A stretch of DNA of 62,544 nucleotides, filler included, from Collodictyon triciliatum (taxonomy: Eukaryota): the NCBI GenBank assembly GCA_043381765.1. It is 9 parts of 9 records of this genome, joined end to end, with 100 filler letters (N's around TTAATTAATTAA, not from the genome) between each part and the next. Parts side by side here need not be neighbours in the genome. Positions count along the whole stretch, not along the records: positions 7,660 to 15,215 come from JBHJMP010003842.1; positions 15,316 to 22,870 come from JBHJMP010003844.1; positions 22,971 to 30,519 come from JBHJMP010003845.1; 6 more parts are not named here. One strand, written 5' to 3'. The notes beneath the pieces are model-generated. The model did no database searches. It had not been told where the DNA came from and saw only the letters and a list, made by a program, of their open reading frames with translations. The position numbers and the translations under genes are program-made. The first letter of the stretch is position 1. Each line of letters begins with the position of its first letter. This document shows, one piece after another, positions 11,950 through 28,383 of this stretch.

Positions 11950-14565
11950 AATATAGAGGGAGGAAGGCATATAATTATTATATAGATCAGAATATGTTGT
12001 ATTTTTTCACTACTAAATGAATCCCATAAAAAAAGCCTGGGTTGAGAAGAGATAGGCAAAAAGATCAAAATAACCGAAATGATAGCAAGCACGTGACTAA
12101 ATGAGATGTGCTTAATGTTTGCGTCTTTGGAAGAATCCATCCGAATGAGTGCGATGTGGACAACAGAGTAACCAATGTCTCAGTCGCCATCATGCCCGTG
12201 AAAATTATCCCAAGCTGCGCATGATGGGATTAGAGTCCAATATACACCAAAAATAATATTGAAACTAGAGCTATAGCTATGAAGATAAAAGAATAAAGTG
12301 AACATGGAGATTTGGGTAGCTCAGAAAGTGTGGCTGCGGGGCCAAAAAATCTCTGCTACATGATGCTCCATAACTTGAATAGTCCCAGTTCTTCTTGGCT
12401 TGCAGATTGCTGTATAGATGAGAGCCCCAAAAAATTGGCACATAAAATTAGAAAACTTGAATTTATTAATCATTTAGATACCAAATTGAGTTTTCATGAG
12501 TTATTTGAGTGGTGGGATGATGAGTAATGGTAGAACCAGATATTATACAAGGCAAGGACTAAGCCAAACACATTTTGGTTTGCTGGAAGGAATCGTTTAG
12601 TGTCCTTGCTTGTATCTTTTATAGTTTGTATTATTTCCCAGCATCCGATAGACAACCCCTCTCTCGATAAAGTCTTTTGGCTTTTTGAAGATATCAAACT
12701 CGCTTAGGTTTAGACCTTTGCCTACTTAAAAAAATAAAGCTGTGTTTCCATGTTGGTTTTTTAGTTTGCTTGGCATATGTTGATATTGTTATTTGTGTGG
12801 TAAAAAGAATGAGTGTCCCGCCAATTGGATTCTATGAATAATCTCTGTTCCGCTCTGCTGGTCTTTAGCTTTTGTTCTTGACTGTCTGTGTGCTTTCGAC
12901 GATAGGGCCGGTAGAAATGCGTTTGTGAGTTGATCTGCTATACACTGACGAGCTGGTTTTCTTGTTATGGAATGAATAATATTTTACATTTTATGAGTAC
13001 AATAACATTAATAAATGTTTTTTAATAATAAATTTTAGTTACAAATATAAATTCACATCAAAAAAAATTACAAAATCAACCCAAAATGATGGATGGTGCG
13101 AATGTGGAAAAAATGGGGCTAGTGTCTTAGAGAACTGAATAAGCGAGTTTGTGATTGTCTCCAAAGTAAACATAGCTTGGGATATATATTGCTATCTAAC
13201 TCCGCCACTCAATCCATCTCTTCTATGACATTAGGAACTCTTCATCGATTCTCCATTTTTTTTATTTGTAACGGCCTTTGAACAGAGGGAAATATTACAA
13301 CTGCAAATAATAAAATGCGAACCTATGGAAAGAATATTAACAATAACATTCCCATAGCAAAGCACAAAAGTACCGGATGATCGCATTGTATTAGTTGAAG
13401 AGAAAAGCACATTGCGCGCGACAAATGGCCAACATATCGACCTTATCCAATCGGATATCTGATGGAAGGGATACAGTCTGTGATCTAAAAAACCAGTGAA
13501 TCAAAGCACTTTAATGCATTTCACAGTTTATTGTTGCTCTTGAAAGCACTGCAGGCACATATCAATGTGGAAATCTAATGTCTAGGTTACTGGCTTGTTA
13601 ACCTCTTCCTTCTTTTCTTTCTTTTTTCATTAGTTTATTGATGAAACATGTCGCTTAAGATGAATACCATTTCTTTTTAATGTATTTTTTTTGAAAAGGC
13701 CGATATTTCATGTGGGTTTAAGTGACGCGTACCACCTTTCAAGTGTCTCTATTGACTCATTTTGGTGGCTTACAAAACCTGACACAAAGCAAGGGTTTAT
13801 GCCATAGTCTTACATTTTTTTTAACTTTTCAAAAGAAATATATGATATTATTGGATATTCTGTAAAAATAATAACTTTAGATCACTGCTAGAAATCTCTC
13901 TTTTTTTGTAAGTTATATATTCTTAACTACTATCGTTAAGGTCAATGTGGCTCATTGATATTTTTCGTTTATATTTTGGTAAAGGAAAGTGTTTAATTGT
14001 TATTTTACAGCCCGCCCTAGTTGTTGCGCCTTGGTTGAGAGCACGAACGCGTTTTGGATTCATGTGCAGGTCGGTTTGACTAAGAGACTAAATTCATAAC
14101 TAATCTGAATATATCTATTTTGGGTCGAGTTTCATACAATCCTCAAAAGCTGTAACTACCAAAGGCCCTGACTTGGATTCAATCATAGGCCTAACTTCCG
14201 GCAAAGTCCAAGGGACGCAGCTGATTTAAATCAGACGATGAATGCGTAACCAGTAGGCACAACATGTGAAAGTCGCTAATTTTATTTTAAAAAAAAAAGC
14301 GGATTCAATTTGGATGTAGTGCTGTATTTGGTTTTTTGTATTGTCATTTGATTGAATGCCTTTTGCCCGTGATGAATATATGTATCTGAACTGTGCTGAC
14401 TCACAACGACCCATTTCCTGAGTAAACTCGTTCCACCATTTGATGCAATGCTCTGTTTAAGTACATCGTTCAAAGAATCTATCGCATTCGTATAGTTTTT
14501 TATCCACGAAGACGAAGCCGAAGTCGAAGCCATTATGCCAAGCTAACAAACCCATCTTACTGGGC
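11950..14565 (-). pseudogene. Degenerate intron-containing gene of unknown family, copy A
   Basis: Colinear with 40043-43100(+); exon-like blocks YECDRFFERC, QHYIQIE, GFVSHQNES, HQISDWIRSICWPFVA, FHGHDGD*DIGYS with in-frame stops; synonymous differences versus copy B; shared ttttAG acceptors and GTACTT donor. Confidence 0.65.
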
Positions 14566-14588
14566 CATTCTTTGCTGTTTTATTTTGT

Positions 14589-15215
14589 TTATTTTTCTTT
14601 GCGTGTGGAGATAGAGTTCCTGTCTACAAGGTGCCAGCCTTCTTTCGCACTAATGCTGCTTGATTGCTGCGTGGCGGAGAAGTAGTTGGTAATCAGGAAT
14701 TGCATCCTGCGGTTTGGCCTGTAGCCTGCGTCTTGTGCTTGCATGAGGGATACAAGGCAAGGTTGAATCTCTTTCTCAGCTTCTTTCCACATGTCTCTTC
14801 TCACGGGGTCTGAGTAGTAGAGAACGTGCATGTGGCGAAGGAAGCTGTTGAGGAAAGAGATTCGTATGATGTCATTCAGTCTATTATCAGAAATGGGTGG
14901 CTGGTTGTTGAGTCTAGCTTTGCGTGAGTATATGCGTGCTATCCACATAGTCCATAGCAAATGGCCTTGCATCACTGCCCAGAGTGTTTTTGCATCTGGA
15001 TGCAGTTGTCGAAGAGGCCCAAATATCGCCTGGATTGGGCCAATAGCTGCAGCCGTCTTGAGTGTCAGTCGGAAAATCTCGCCGGCTGTTTCGCGCAGAT
15101 TTTTGAGAGAAGGGACATTGTACAAATGTGTGCTCAATGGATTCATCACCGTTGCTGCAAAGCGTGCATTGTTGGGAGACTTTGCCAGCTTTTGCCGCGC
15201 GTGTGCCTATCCATA
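14589..15215 (-). mobile_element. L1/Tx1-like non-LTR retrotransposon ORF2 3' end (copy 2, cut by contig end)
   Basis: WIGTRAAKAGKVSQQCTLCSNGDESIEHTFVQC is a CCHC zf-RVT motif; a 1-nt frameshift follows, then LLWTMWIARIYSRK. Confidence 0.85.
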
Positions 15216-16098
15216 NNNNNNNNNNNNNNNNNNNNNNNNNNNNNNNNNNNNNNNNNNNNTTAATTAATTAANNNNNNNNNNNNNNNNNNNNNNNNNNNNN
15301 NNNNNNNNNNNNNNNAATCCACGTTGCGCAGGAAAAGAATCGAGAATCATGAGAAATAACTGGATAGGGTGAAAGATTCGAAACCATAAGGCTCTATAAA
15401 TACCATGTTTGTTTTTTTTTTTCCTTTATTCGGAATACCATGTTTGTTTGAATGTGTGTGTGTGTGTTTTTTTTTTTTTTTTACATGCTGTGTGCTAATA
15501 TATCAACGCACTTGGAGTTCGCGTTGATTAATAACACACACAAACTCATATGACTACCCGAACCCAAGACTGTTGGCTCATCCAGGGGCGAAATCCAAGG
15601 TCAACGACACACAGAATTGCAAGAAAACCACCAATAAGGCCTTGCGAATACATACACCCACATGCAGCAATGCCTCTGAAAAGATTGCTCTTTTAAAACT
15701 AGCTCTTCCACATACATTTTCCCTGTCACTCGCGCCGCATCCGCCTATGCATATAAATATTCATGTATCGATTGCACTTTCCTCATCATTCACGCACTGG
15801 AAACCAAGCATTTGTCCAATCTTCACATCAAATAAAATGTTCCAAGAAATAATCGTATGTGGAAGTTCATTAGTTTGTCGAATTTTTTGAAGCCCGTTGT
15901 ATAGTTATACGACTTTATTTGCAAATCAATATTGTTTTTAATTTTTAAAAAAAAGTAACTGCTACTACCTAGCCAGTTTACGAACTTGCAGAAAGATGCG
16001 TGAGTATAAAGAAAAAGGATCATTTCGCATATGAGTGATGAGCGAGATGACGTGTTCAGGTAGTGGTTAAAGTGTATCAAAAAAAAGTAGAAAGGTAC

Positions 16099-19000
16099 TC
16101 AATGACTTTCGATTTTCGCGTTGATGCGGGTGATGACTTCGGCACATTTTTTTGTGCTATGATGTCCTGCTCCGACTAACCGTAGCAGCATCTCATATGC
16201 CAGTGTGGCCTTTTCCAAAGCATCCGGAAACTGTGACTGTCGTTCATGGATGAGCGCAATATTTTCCAGAGTTAGTGCTACTTCCTGATGCTCCGTTCCA
16301 AAGACCTTTCTCTTGATTCCCAGAGATTTCGAGTAGTAATCAAGCGCATCATCGTATCTGCATTTGTTTAATAGCTTTAGATGGGTAAAGCTGCATATTG
16401 AAGAGATGTTAGCTAGCTCAAAGAAGGAAGAAAAAAAAAGAGAAATAAAGTCATTGTACAAAAAAAAATATTTCGTGTTCTAGCTCTTGTAAATGAGGAT
16501 ATCTATAGTGCAGCATTTTGAGCGTCAGATTTACCTATCATTTAGAAAATATATCACAGCTATGTTATTATAAGTTGCAGCGACATCAGCATGGTCTTCT
16601 CCGACAGTTTCCAACTGTATTTGCAAGGCCTTGATGTACGAAAGAGCAGCCTCACGGTATCTGAAAAAGAGTGTTAAGATTAAAATTGTGTGGCTGATTG
16701 GTTGATTGGCTGATTATTTATTTTTTTGTTTGTTTGTTTGTTTGTTTGTTTGTTTGTTTGTTTGTTTGTTTGTTTGTTTGTTTGTTTGTTTGTTTGTTTG
16801 TTTGTTTGTTTGTTTGTTTGTTTGTTTGTTTGTGTGTTTTTTGCTTGTTTGCTTGTTTGCTTATTCAGAAAAGCTTTTCTGAATTAAAGCATTTTCATAA
16901 TTGAATTACTTTTGCTGTGAACGGTATAAAATTCCCATATTGTGATAAATGGTGGCGATGGCTGGGTGATGCTTTCCATGTACCAATAAATTCAACTCGA
17001 GCGCTCTGTTGTAGTTGGCTAAGGCTTCGTCGTGACTATCATGCGTCATAATCATAAATAAATTAAAATAACAATAACAATTAAAATAATAATAATAATA
17101 AGAGTAGAATTCACCTCCCAGTTGAAACCAGAGCCATTCCAAGCCAAATGTGTTCATGACCCTTTTCTTCTGTAATTAGAGTCGTAAAATAATATTAATA
17201 ATCATGACAATCGCAATCACTTCAAAAAAGACATTGAAATTATGGAAATTAGAAATATCATTTATTTGACCCAAAAGATGTTAATAGGCTCATTACCATC
17301 CGTTTCCACCGATTGAAGCCGATCTGATATAATCTCTTTAAGTGACCAGAAGTCTCCCTTTTCTCTAAAGTATTCTACAAAGTTTTTCCCTATTTTGCTG
17401 GTATCCTAATTTTTATATAATACAATCATCGCAACTTAACGCCACTATTTTTATTTTATTTATAGTTATTTACAATTCGCATATATTGGATGTGTCATGC
17501 AATTGAATTTTTTTAAGATTTTTCCATAGAGACACACAACCTTAGCCATACTCTTTAACCACTCAATATCACAAAAACCATGCTTCCGCACCAAATCTAA
17601 GTAGTAAAAGTAATCTTTCTTTGAAGGAATGCTCAGGTAGGCCGTGAAAATCTGATATTTCCATTAGATGTATTCAATTTATTTCCGTCGGATGCGAAAA
17701 TATCATGATTGAAATGGCGAGTACATTTGTTGATAATAGACTTTGCATATTAACCCCTTTCTTTTATTTATATTGTCCTTTTCATTTTATAATTTAAAAG
17801 ACTATACCGTTCTACGCATTAGAAATTCAGCTAATTTCTCAAAGTTGTGCGCATTAGTAAGAGCATAACAAATTTCCTTGATATAAATGTCCGCAGGGAT
17901 ACTTTGGTTTTCCAGATACAACTCCAGGTAATTTGCATAATCATCGTATGAATCGCGCCTTTTCATGTCGGTTCGTGTGTATCGATCAAACAGTGCATCC
18001 TTAAGAATTCGATGAAATACATCAAAACTAAAGGGATCATATTGATGAGTGAGGTGTTATTTATAGTTACAACTATATGGAAAAGCGATATATATGTATA
18101 TCACAGATGAGATGATATGTAATGACTGAAAATCAAGAATTAAGATAAAAAAATGTTACCGCCCGTTTGATTCATGCAGAATTTCGTTGCACAAAGTCGC
18201 GAAGTAGGCATTCCTGAATGAAAAGTACACTATATGATTCTGATATATAGATAAACAAAAGCGTTAAAATTCCTAGTAAGATAGAAAATTAAACATTGCT
18301 ATGAAATTCTACCAAGTTTGCTCGTCGTAAGGTCTTCCAGTTAGTTGAAATCCTACAAATCGGTATAAAACAGACTCAGAAATACCTATCCGTGAAACCG
18401 CGATTATACGCATGGAAGTCTCCACTTGGTGTGACCCTACATAGAGAAAATATATACTTTTTTTTTCAATGGGAGCTACTATCTGTATTCCAAAAAAATC
18501 AAGAATTTTTTATAGGAAATTACCATAAATGTTTCTCCATATGAAATCGATTATGTAATCTAAAAGAAAGCCCAAGGAGGTGTTTGTTGATAGAATATCT
18601 AGGACCCTATCTGTGCTTTCCATCGCACCATTTCTAACTACTTGGTCCATAAGCAACTTGAGATAAAGGGGTTTCCCTTGGAATATGGGAGATTATTCGG
18701 CTTTAATTTATGATTGCAAGCTTTATTTGCTGAATTGAGCTTTATCTCTCTTTTGAAAATAATCTTTAAACAGATGATCTCTTTTGTCTCTTTACGAAGC
18801 GGGCATTCATTAAAAAAAAAAATTGTTACTGCATGACTGAAGCTCGCATATCTTTTGGATTTCATGTTCAGGAAGAAAGCAAGATGACTTATAAATGTAG
18901 TCGGATACGATACTCTCGACATCTCTATGCTCTAACTCATCCAATTTGAAAGACTCCCAACCTAGTTCCAGTATTTTCTGTATATATAAAAGCATAGAGC

Positions 19001-22000
19001 AAGATAATAATAAAAACAAACAAATGACAAATGACAAATGACAAATGACAAATGACAAATGACAAATGACAAATGACAAATGACAAATGACAAATGACAA
19101 ATGACAAATGACAAATGACAAATGACAAATGACAAATGACAAATGACAAATGACAAATGACAAATGACAAATGACAAATGACAAATGACAAAGGAAAAAG
19201 GACGAAGGAAAATGAAAATGAGTAGGATTGGTGGGTCAGAGACAGCGTATAATATGTGGTTTTGAATTCGGTAAAACATCTTACATTAAAATGATTGTTT
19301 GTATATGAGTTGGTATTGAAAAAGTTCCGTAATATGTATGTTTGAAATGTATATGGGTATTTGAAGTATTTGACCATGTTTTCTTTCGAGGAAACCGAGA
19401 ACATATATAACCTGAATTGGTCTATTATGCCGTTCAGATAAACTAGAATCCTCTACAGTAGAGAGAATAACATGTACGTTCTTCGGCAGTCTGGATGGAA
19501 GCCAATCGAGCGTATATGGGTCATCTTCTTCCCCATTTGGTCTAATCTGGTTTAATCCATCTATCACGATGATGTATGTATAAAGCCTACGAGTATTTCT
19601 GCTTTAGATTTTATTGAAAGTGGTAGACGAACAGAGAATCGACTATTCTGCGATGCATAGTCCGATCGGAATTTTAACAATGTAAAATAAGAGACAGGGG
19701 GTAGGCTACAACTTCAGTCACATCACCTATGTCTCCCAGTTTGAGCAAGCTCGATTAATTCAAGCATGGCGCCCCTTTCTCCAATATTTGAATCTAGAAT
19801 AAACACATATTCCGAAATCATTTGATTTCATATTTAGCTAGGAAGTTGAGCTGAATTACACATTACTCTTTCTTCCATCAAATACTTACGGATATCTCCC
19901 GGATTGGATTTTGGATGAAATATATTAAATTTGTAGCACAATTGTGTGTATAAGTTGATTCCAATACTATACAACATATTTTCGATTAATAAATAAATCA
20001 TATATTTATAGAATGCAAAAAAAAAAAAAGTTGAAGGAAACGGACTAACCTCTCTACGTGGGTACTTTGGGGTGTACAACCGACGTAATGGGACAGTACC
20101 ACAACTGATTGTGATGGTATCCCTTCAAAGAGAACCCTCAGATACGCACTAATTGCCGTTTTACCAATACCTGGAAGAAAGATAATGCTCGTTCCTTAAT
20201 AAGTATCTTCTAAACGACCCTTCTTGAAAATTGGGTAAATAACCACTCAGGTATGATATTTATCTTATGAGGCGCTCGACACATAGACAAATAATACAAA
20301 CCAGATGCTCCATATATAACTATGGGCCAGTGATCTCCGAGCCTGTTTTTTTCAATCTGACCCCGTAAATGTAAATTTCATTTTTGTGTTAATTCAAAAA
20401 AAGTATGTCACTGTTGTATGCGGAATTTTATGGCTGTATTTCATCCCATTTCAAATAAGAAATCACTTAATCATTGTGGAATGCATTTAACCTTCTCTTT
20501 AATCCAACTAAACACTTTCGTCCTCCCGTTGAAGAAACGTATTTTGTTAAGGGCAAATATTTCGTGATATTTGTCCTCAGTAGATATACCCTTTTTTTTT
20601 TAAAAAAAAAAAAACTATAATTATAATGATCATATGCCATGAATTTGGTGTTATTTCTCTAAGTGACATTCCATAAGAAAAAGCAAGAATTTTATAAAAA
20701 TAAATGATCAAACATTAAAAAAAAAATCCTAGCAATTTATTTTTTTTTAAAAAAAGAAAAAATTTAAGGTATGGTTGGTGTTTAGTCAATTACTCGAAGC
20801 GAAGATTCAAAATCCTGGTGAATTGCCAAAGAAAGGTCATGCACCATTTCATCAACGAGGTCCACATCACTTTTCATAAGGATAACTGGAAATTTTCTTC
20901 GAACATCAGCCTTCAATTGGGAAAGCCTTGAATACCCCTATTTATATTTTGTGATGAGAAATTGATGGATGACATTTGGTTCTAGATAAGCAAGCATATT
21001 ACTTCAATTGCATTTTTCTCCGCAGCATTATCGTGTGACCGTATATAAAAGTAACATCGTGAAGCAATTCCCTCCAAATCGAATCCCACCGCTCGAATCT
21101 AAGATTTTGATTAAATGAAGTATATCTGATTTAAAATTCTAAAACCAAAAAAAAAAAAACCCTAAATCGACAGATGCAAGATTGACCGAGAGTGGCAAAA
21201 GAAATTATCTATATTGTGTTCGTAATTGTGATTTTGGTATTAAACCTGCATTTCCATTATACTTGCACCATGGTATTTTTTAAGCCAAGGATATACCTCT
21301 GTTGTCATTGATTCATAAGCTTTATCGCATTCTTGTTCGAGAGTCTCGCCGTATCTTTGAACAAGTCCCGAAAAAGGAAAATGTTGAGGTTTAATCATAT
21401 TTTGAATCAAAATCGCTTCTCTGTAAAGACATAGCGACTATGAACCAAGATTCAAATTGGTTAATTTCGTACCTTTCTCCTACGACGGCGATAAGGTAAT
21501 CACATGATAGTGACTCATCGATGATTCTTTTTATTCCCTTTTATGAGTAAATGATTGTTGATAAACTTAGTATTTGAGCCGGTAGAAGCTACGATGAAAT
21601 TATAATGTCTGGAATGATAATAATAATATATTTGATATTAAATTACAGAAAAATCCTGCTTCATCTTTTTGTCGAAAGTCAAGTACACAAAAGAAATATC
21701 CCAACCAAATCTCCGGAGAATCCTTCGCAATCTGTCGATATCATTCGTACATAAAGTGGTCGATGAGGAATATAATTTAGGTAAGCGACATCAGGGTGTT
21801 TCGAATGCTGCTAAATCCAATCAATCATGTAAAAATATGTATTCACTTTGAATCGAATAAAGGGAAAAATGTAAAAATATGCATTGTATTTATTATACCT
21901 AAAGGCAAAAGAAGAAGAAAAAACAAACAAGGATGTATGCTCTACACATCTATTCGTTTGTTAAAGTAGGGAAATAAATCACCTTGGTTGTACAAGTGTG

Positions 22001-22131
22001 AGAATTTGGTTGCGCTCTTGCAGCGTGTCTGCGTTGGTGGAAGAAATAAGGACACGGATGTTTCTTGTCTGGAGACTGCGAAGCGACAGACTTTCGCGTA
22101 GGGTATTTGACTTTGCGATTTCATTTCCCAT
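16099..22131 (-). CDS. DUF4062-NACHT(STAND)-TPR protein, NPHP3/TTC41-like, multi-exon
   Basis: Start MGNEIAKS; IRVLISSTNADTLQER, CDYLIAVVGERYG, SIMEMQ (DUF4062-like); Walker A GASGIGKT split by an intron; Walker B IIDGLNQI; WLP; C-terminal TPRs (HPAIATIYHNMG, HQEVALTLENIA). Confidence 0.85.
16726..16830. repeat. (TTTG)n intronic microsatellite
   Basis: Seen directly. Confidence 0.95.
19021..19191. repeat. (CAAATGA)n intronic 7-mer array
   Basis: Seen directly. Confidence 0.95.
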
Positions 22132-22415
22132 CCTATAATTACATGGATTATTGTTTTTTTTTATACTTATTGTGCGTGTGGGGGTTATTGCTATTGGTTC
22201 ATGTTTTCACTGTATTTTAGTTTTTTATTGTGTTTTTTATTGTGTTTTTTATTGTGTTTTTTATTGTGTTTTTGTGGGTTCATTTAATTGAAATCCAGAA
22301 ATGGCTGTGAATGGGACATTTGAAAAAGCACACGACTTTGATCGGAGGTGCAGATCAGAGATAAACGCGACAACAGAGCAGCGGTAACAAAACACAGCCG
22401 AAATCACAGCAGTGG

Positions 22416-22523
22416 ATGTCAGAGTTGTCAGAGTTGACTTCGCCCGAGGCGACTCCGTTGATTCCAAAAGACGCTGCCGCTGATGTATCCCGCAGACCGT
22501 CTGCCTGGTTGAAATCCTATGTG
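22416..22523 (+). CDS. Probable first exon of a gene divergent from the NACHT-TPR gene (3' partial)
   Basis: MSELSELTSPEATPLIPK...KSYV|gtaatt; EATPLI fits a [DE]xxxL[LI] sorting motif; followed by an intronic repeat and the contig end. Confidence 0.5.
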
Positions 22524-22529
22524 GTAATT

Positions 22530-22870
22530 TCTCTCTCTTTTTCTTTTTCTCCTTGTCTTTGTCTTTGTCTTTGTCTTTCTCTTTTTCTCTGTCTTTCTCT
22601 TTTTCTCTTTGTCTTTGTCTTTCTCTTTCTCTTTCTCTTTGTCTTTGTCTTTGTCTTTCTCTTTCTCTTTGTCTTTGTCTTTCTCTTTCTCTTTGTCTTT
22701 CTCTTTCTCTTTGTCTTTGTCTTTGTCTTTGTCTTTGTCTTTGTCTTTGTCTTTGTCTTTGTCTTTGTCTTTGTCTTTCTCTTTCTCTTTCTCTTTCTCT
22801 TTCTCTTTCTCTTTCTCTTTCTCTTTCTCTTTCTCTTTCTCTTTCTCTTTCTCTTTCTCTTTGTCTTTCT
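22530..22870. repeat. Mixed (TCTTTG/TCTTTC)n microsatellite
   Basis: Seen directly. Confidence 0.95.
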
Positions 22871-22970
22871 NNNNNNNNNNNNNNNNNNNNNNNNNNNNNN
22901 NNNNNNNNNNNNNNTTAATTAATTAANNNNNNNNNNNNNNNNNNNNNNNNNNNNNNNNNNNNNNNNNNNN

Positions 22971-23161
22971 GAAAGTAAAACATGGAAAGTAAAACATGGA
23001 AAGTAAAACATGGAAAGTAAAACATGGAAAGTAAAACATGGAAAGTAAAACATGGAAAGTAAAACATGGAAAGTAAAACATGGAAAGTAAAACATGGAAA
23101 GTAAAACATGGAAAGTAAAACATGGAAAGTAAAACATGGAAAGTAAAACATGGAAAGTAAA
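22971..23161. repeat. (GAAAGTAAAACATG)n 14-mer minisatellite
   Basis: Seen directly. Confidence 0.95.
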
Positions 23162-23205
23162 TATACATATATAGATACATATTGCTTCATACCAACCAAG
23201 AAGCG

Positions 23206-23277
23206 GGCTCCATGGTGTAACGGTTAGCACTTCAGACTCTGAATCTGACAATCGCAGTTCAAATCTGCGTGGGGTCA
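23206..23277 (+). tRNA. tRNA-Gln(CTG)
   Basis: Acceptor GGCTCCA/TGGGGTC, D arm TGGTGTAACGGTTAGCAC, anticodon arm TCAGA-CT-CTG-AA-TCTGA, T arm CGCAG-TTCAAAT-CTGCG, followed by a T-run Pol III terminator. Confidence 0.95.
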
Positions 23278-23810
23278 TACTACTTTTTGCAGTCTGCGCC
23301 CTGAAATCTCCGTTTTGCGGTCGGCGAGGGTGTTCGATGTGCAGTTTTTTTTTTCTTGTATTTAATTCATTTTATTTTCTCCGGGTATGTGAGACAGGGC
23401 ATACAAAACGCAAGAAGCAAAAGTGTCCGGTGTGGGTTGAGAAGGAGAGGGAAAGGGAGATGGAGAGGGGGAGAGAGAGAGATGGATGGGGCGGAGGAGA
23501 GAGCATGCAGGAAAGAACCGAGAGTGCAGCTGGAGAGACATCGGTGCCAAGAAGGAAGGAAGGAAGGAAGGAAGGAAGGCAAGCGAGGAAAAAAGACAGG
23601 GGAGAGGGAGGGAGAGGGAGAGAGAGGATTTCGGGCGGCGGAAAAGTTTAATGGTTAGGGTTTGCTACATGGCGTTGTGTATAAGTGAGCACAGGCGGGT
23701 GTGCTTGCTTGTGTATATGCTTAGACGCAGGGCTTGTGGACGGGCGAGTGTGTGTGTGTGTGTGTGTGTATGTGTGTGAAGGCGAACGCGTGTCGTGTGC
23801 ACTCAACGGG

Positions 23811-28383
<4,573 letters not shown>

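Noticed and set aside
11950-14565. Stop-codon reassignment to explain in-frame stops
   Set aside because: Conserved genes have stop-free exons and end in standard stops; these stops come with frameshifts, indicating decay
14500-14570. PSKMGLLAW resembling the piggyBac KPxKYG motif
   Set aside because: Short match only; no downstream DNxF motif found
15316-15700. Possible minus-strand membrane-protein exons (GLIGGFLAILCVVDLG)
   Set aside because: No start, consistent phase or family could be established
18810-19404. ORFs with repeated peptides (LSFVICH, FVCL, SLSL, poly-K, ILIL and similar across the window)
   Set aside because: Translations of microsatellites without stops, not proteins
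22971-23161. CRISPR-like array
   Set aside because: No spacers; plain tandem repeat in a eukaryote
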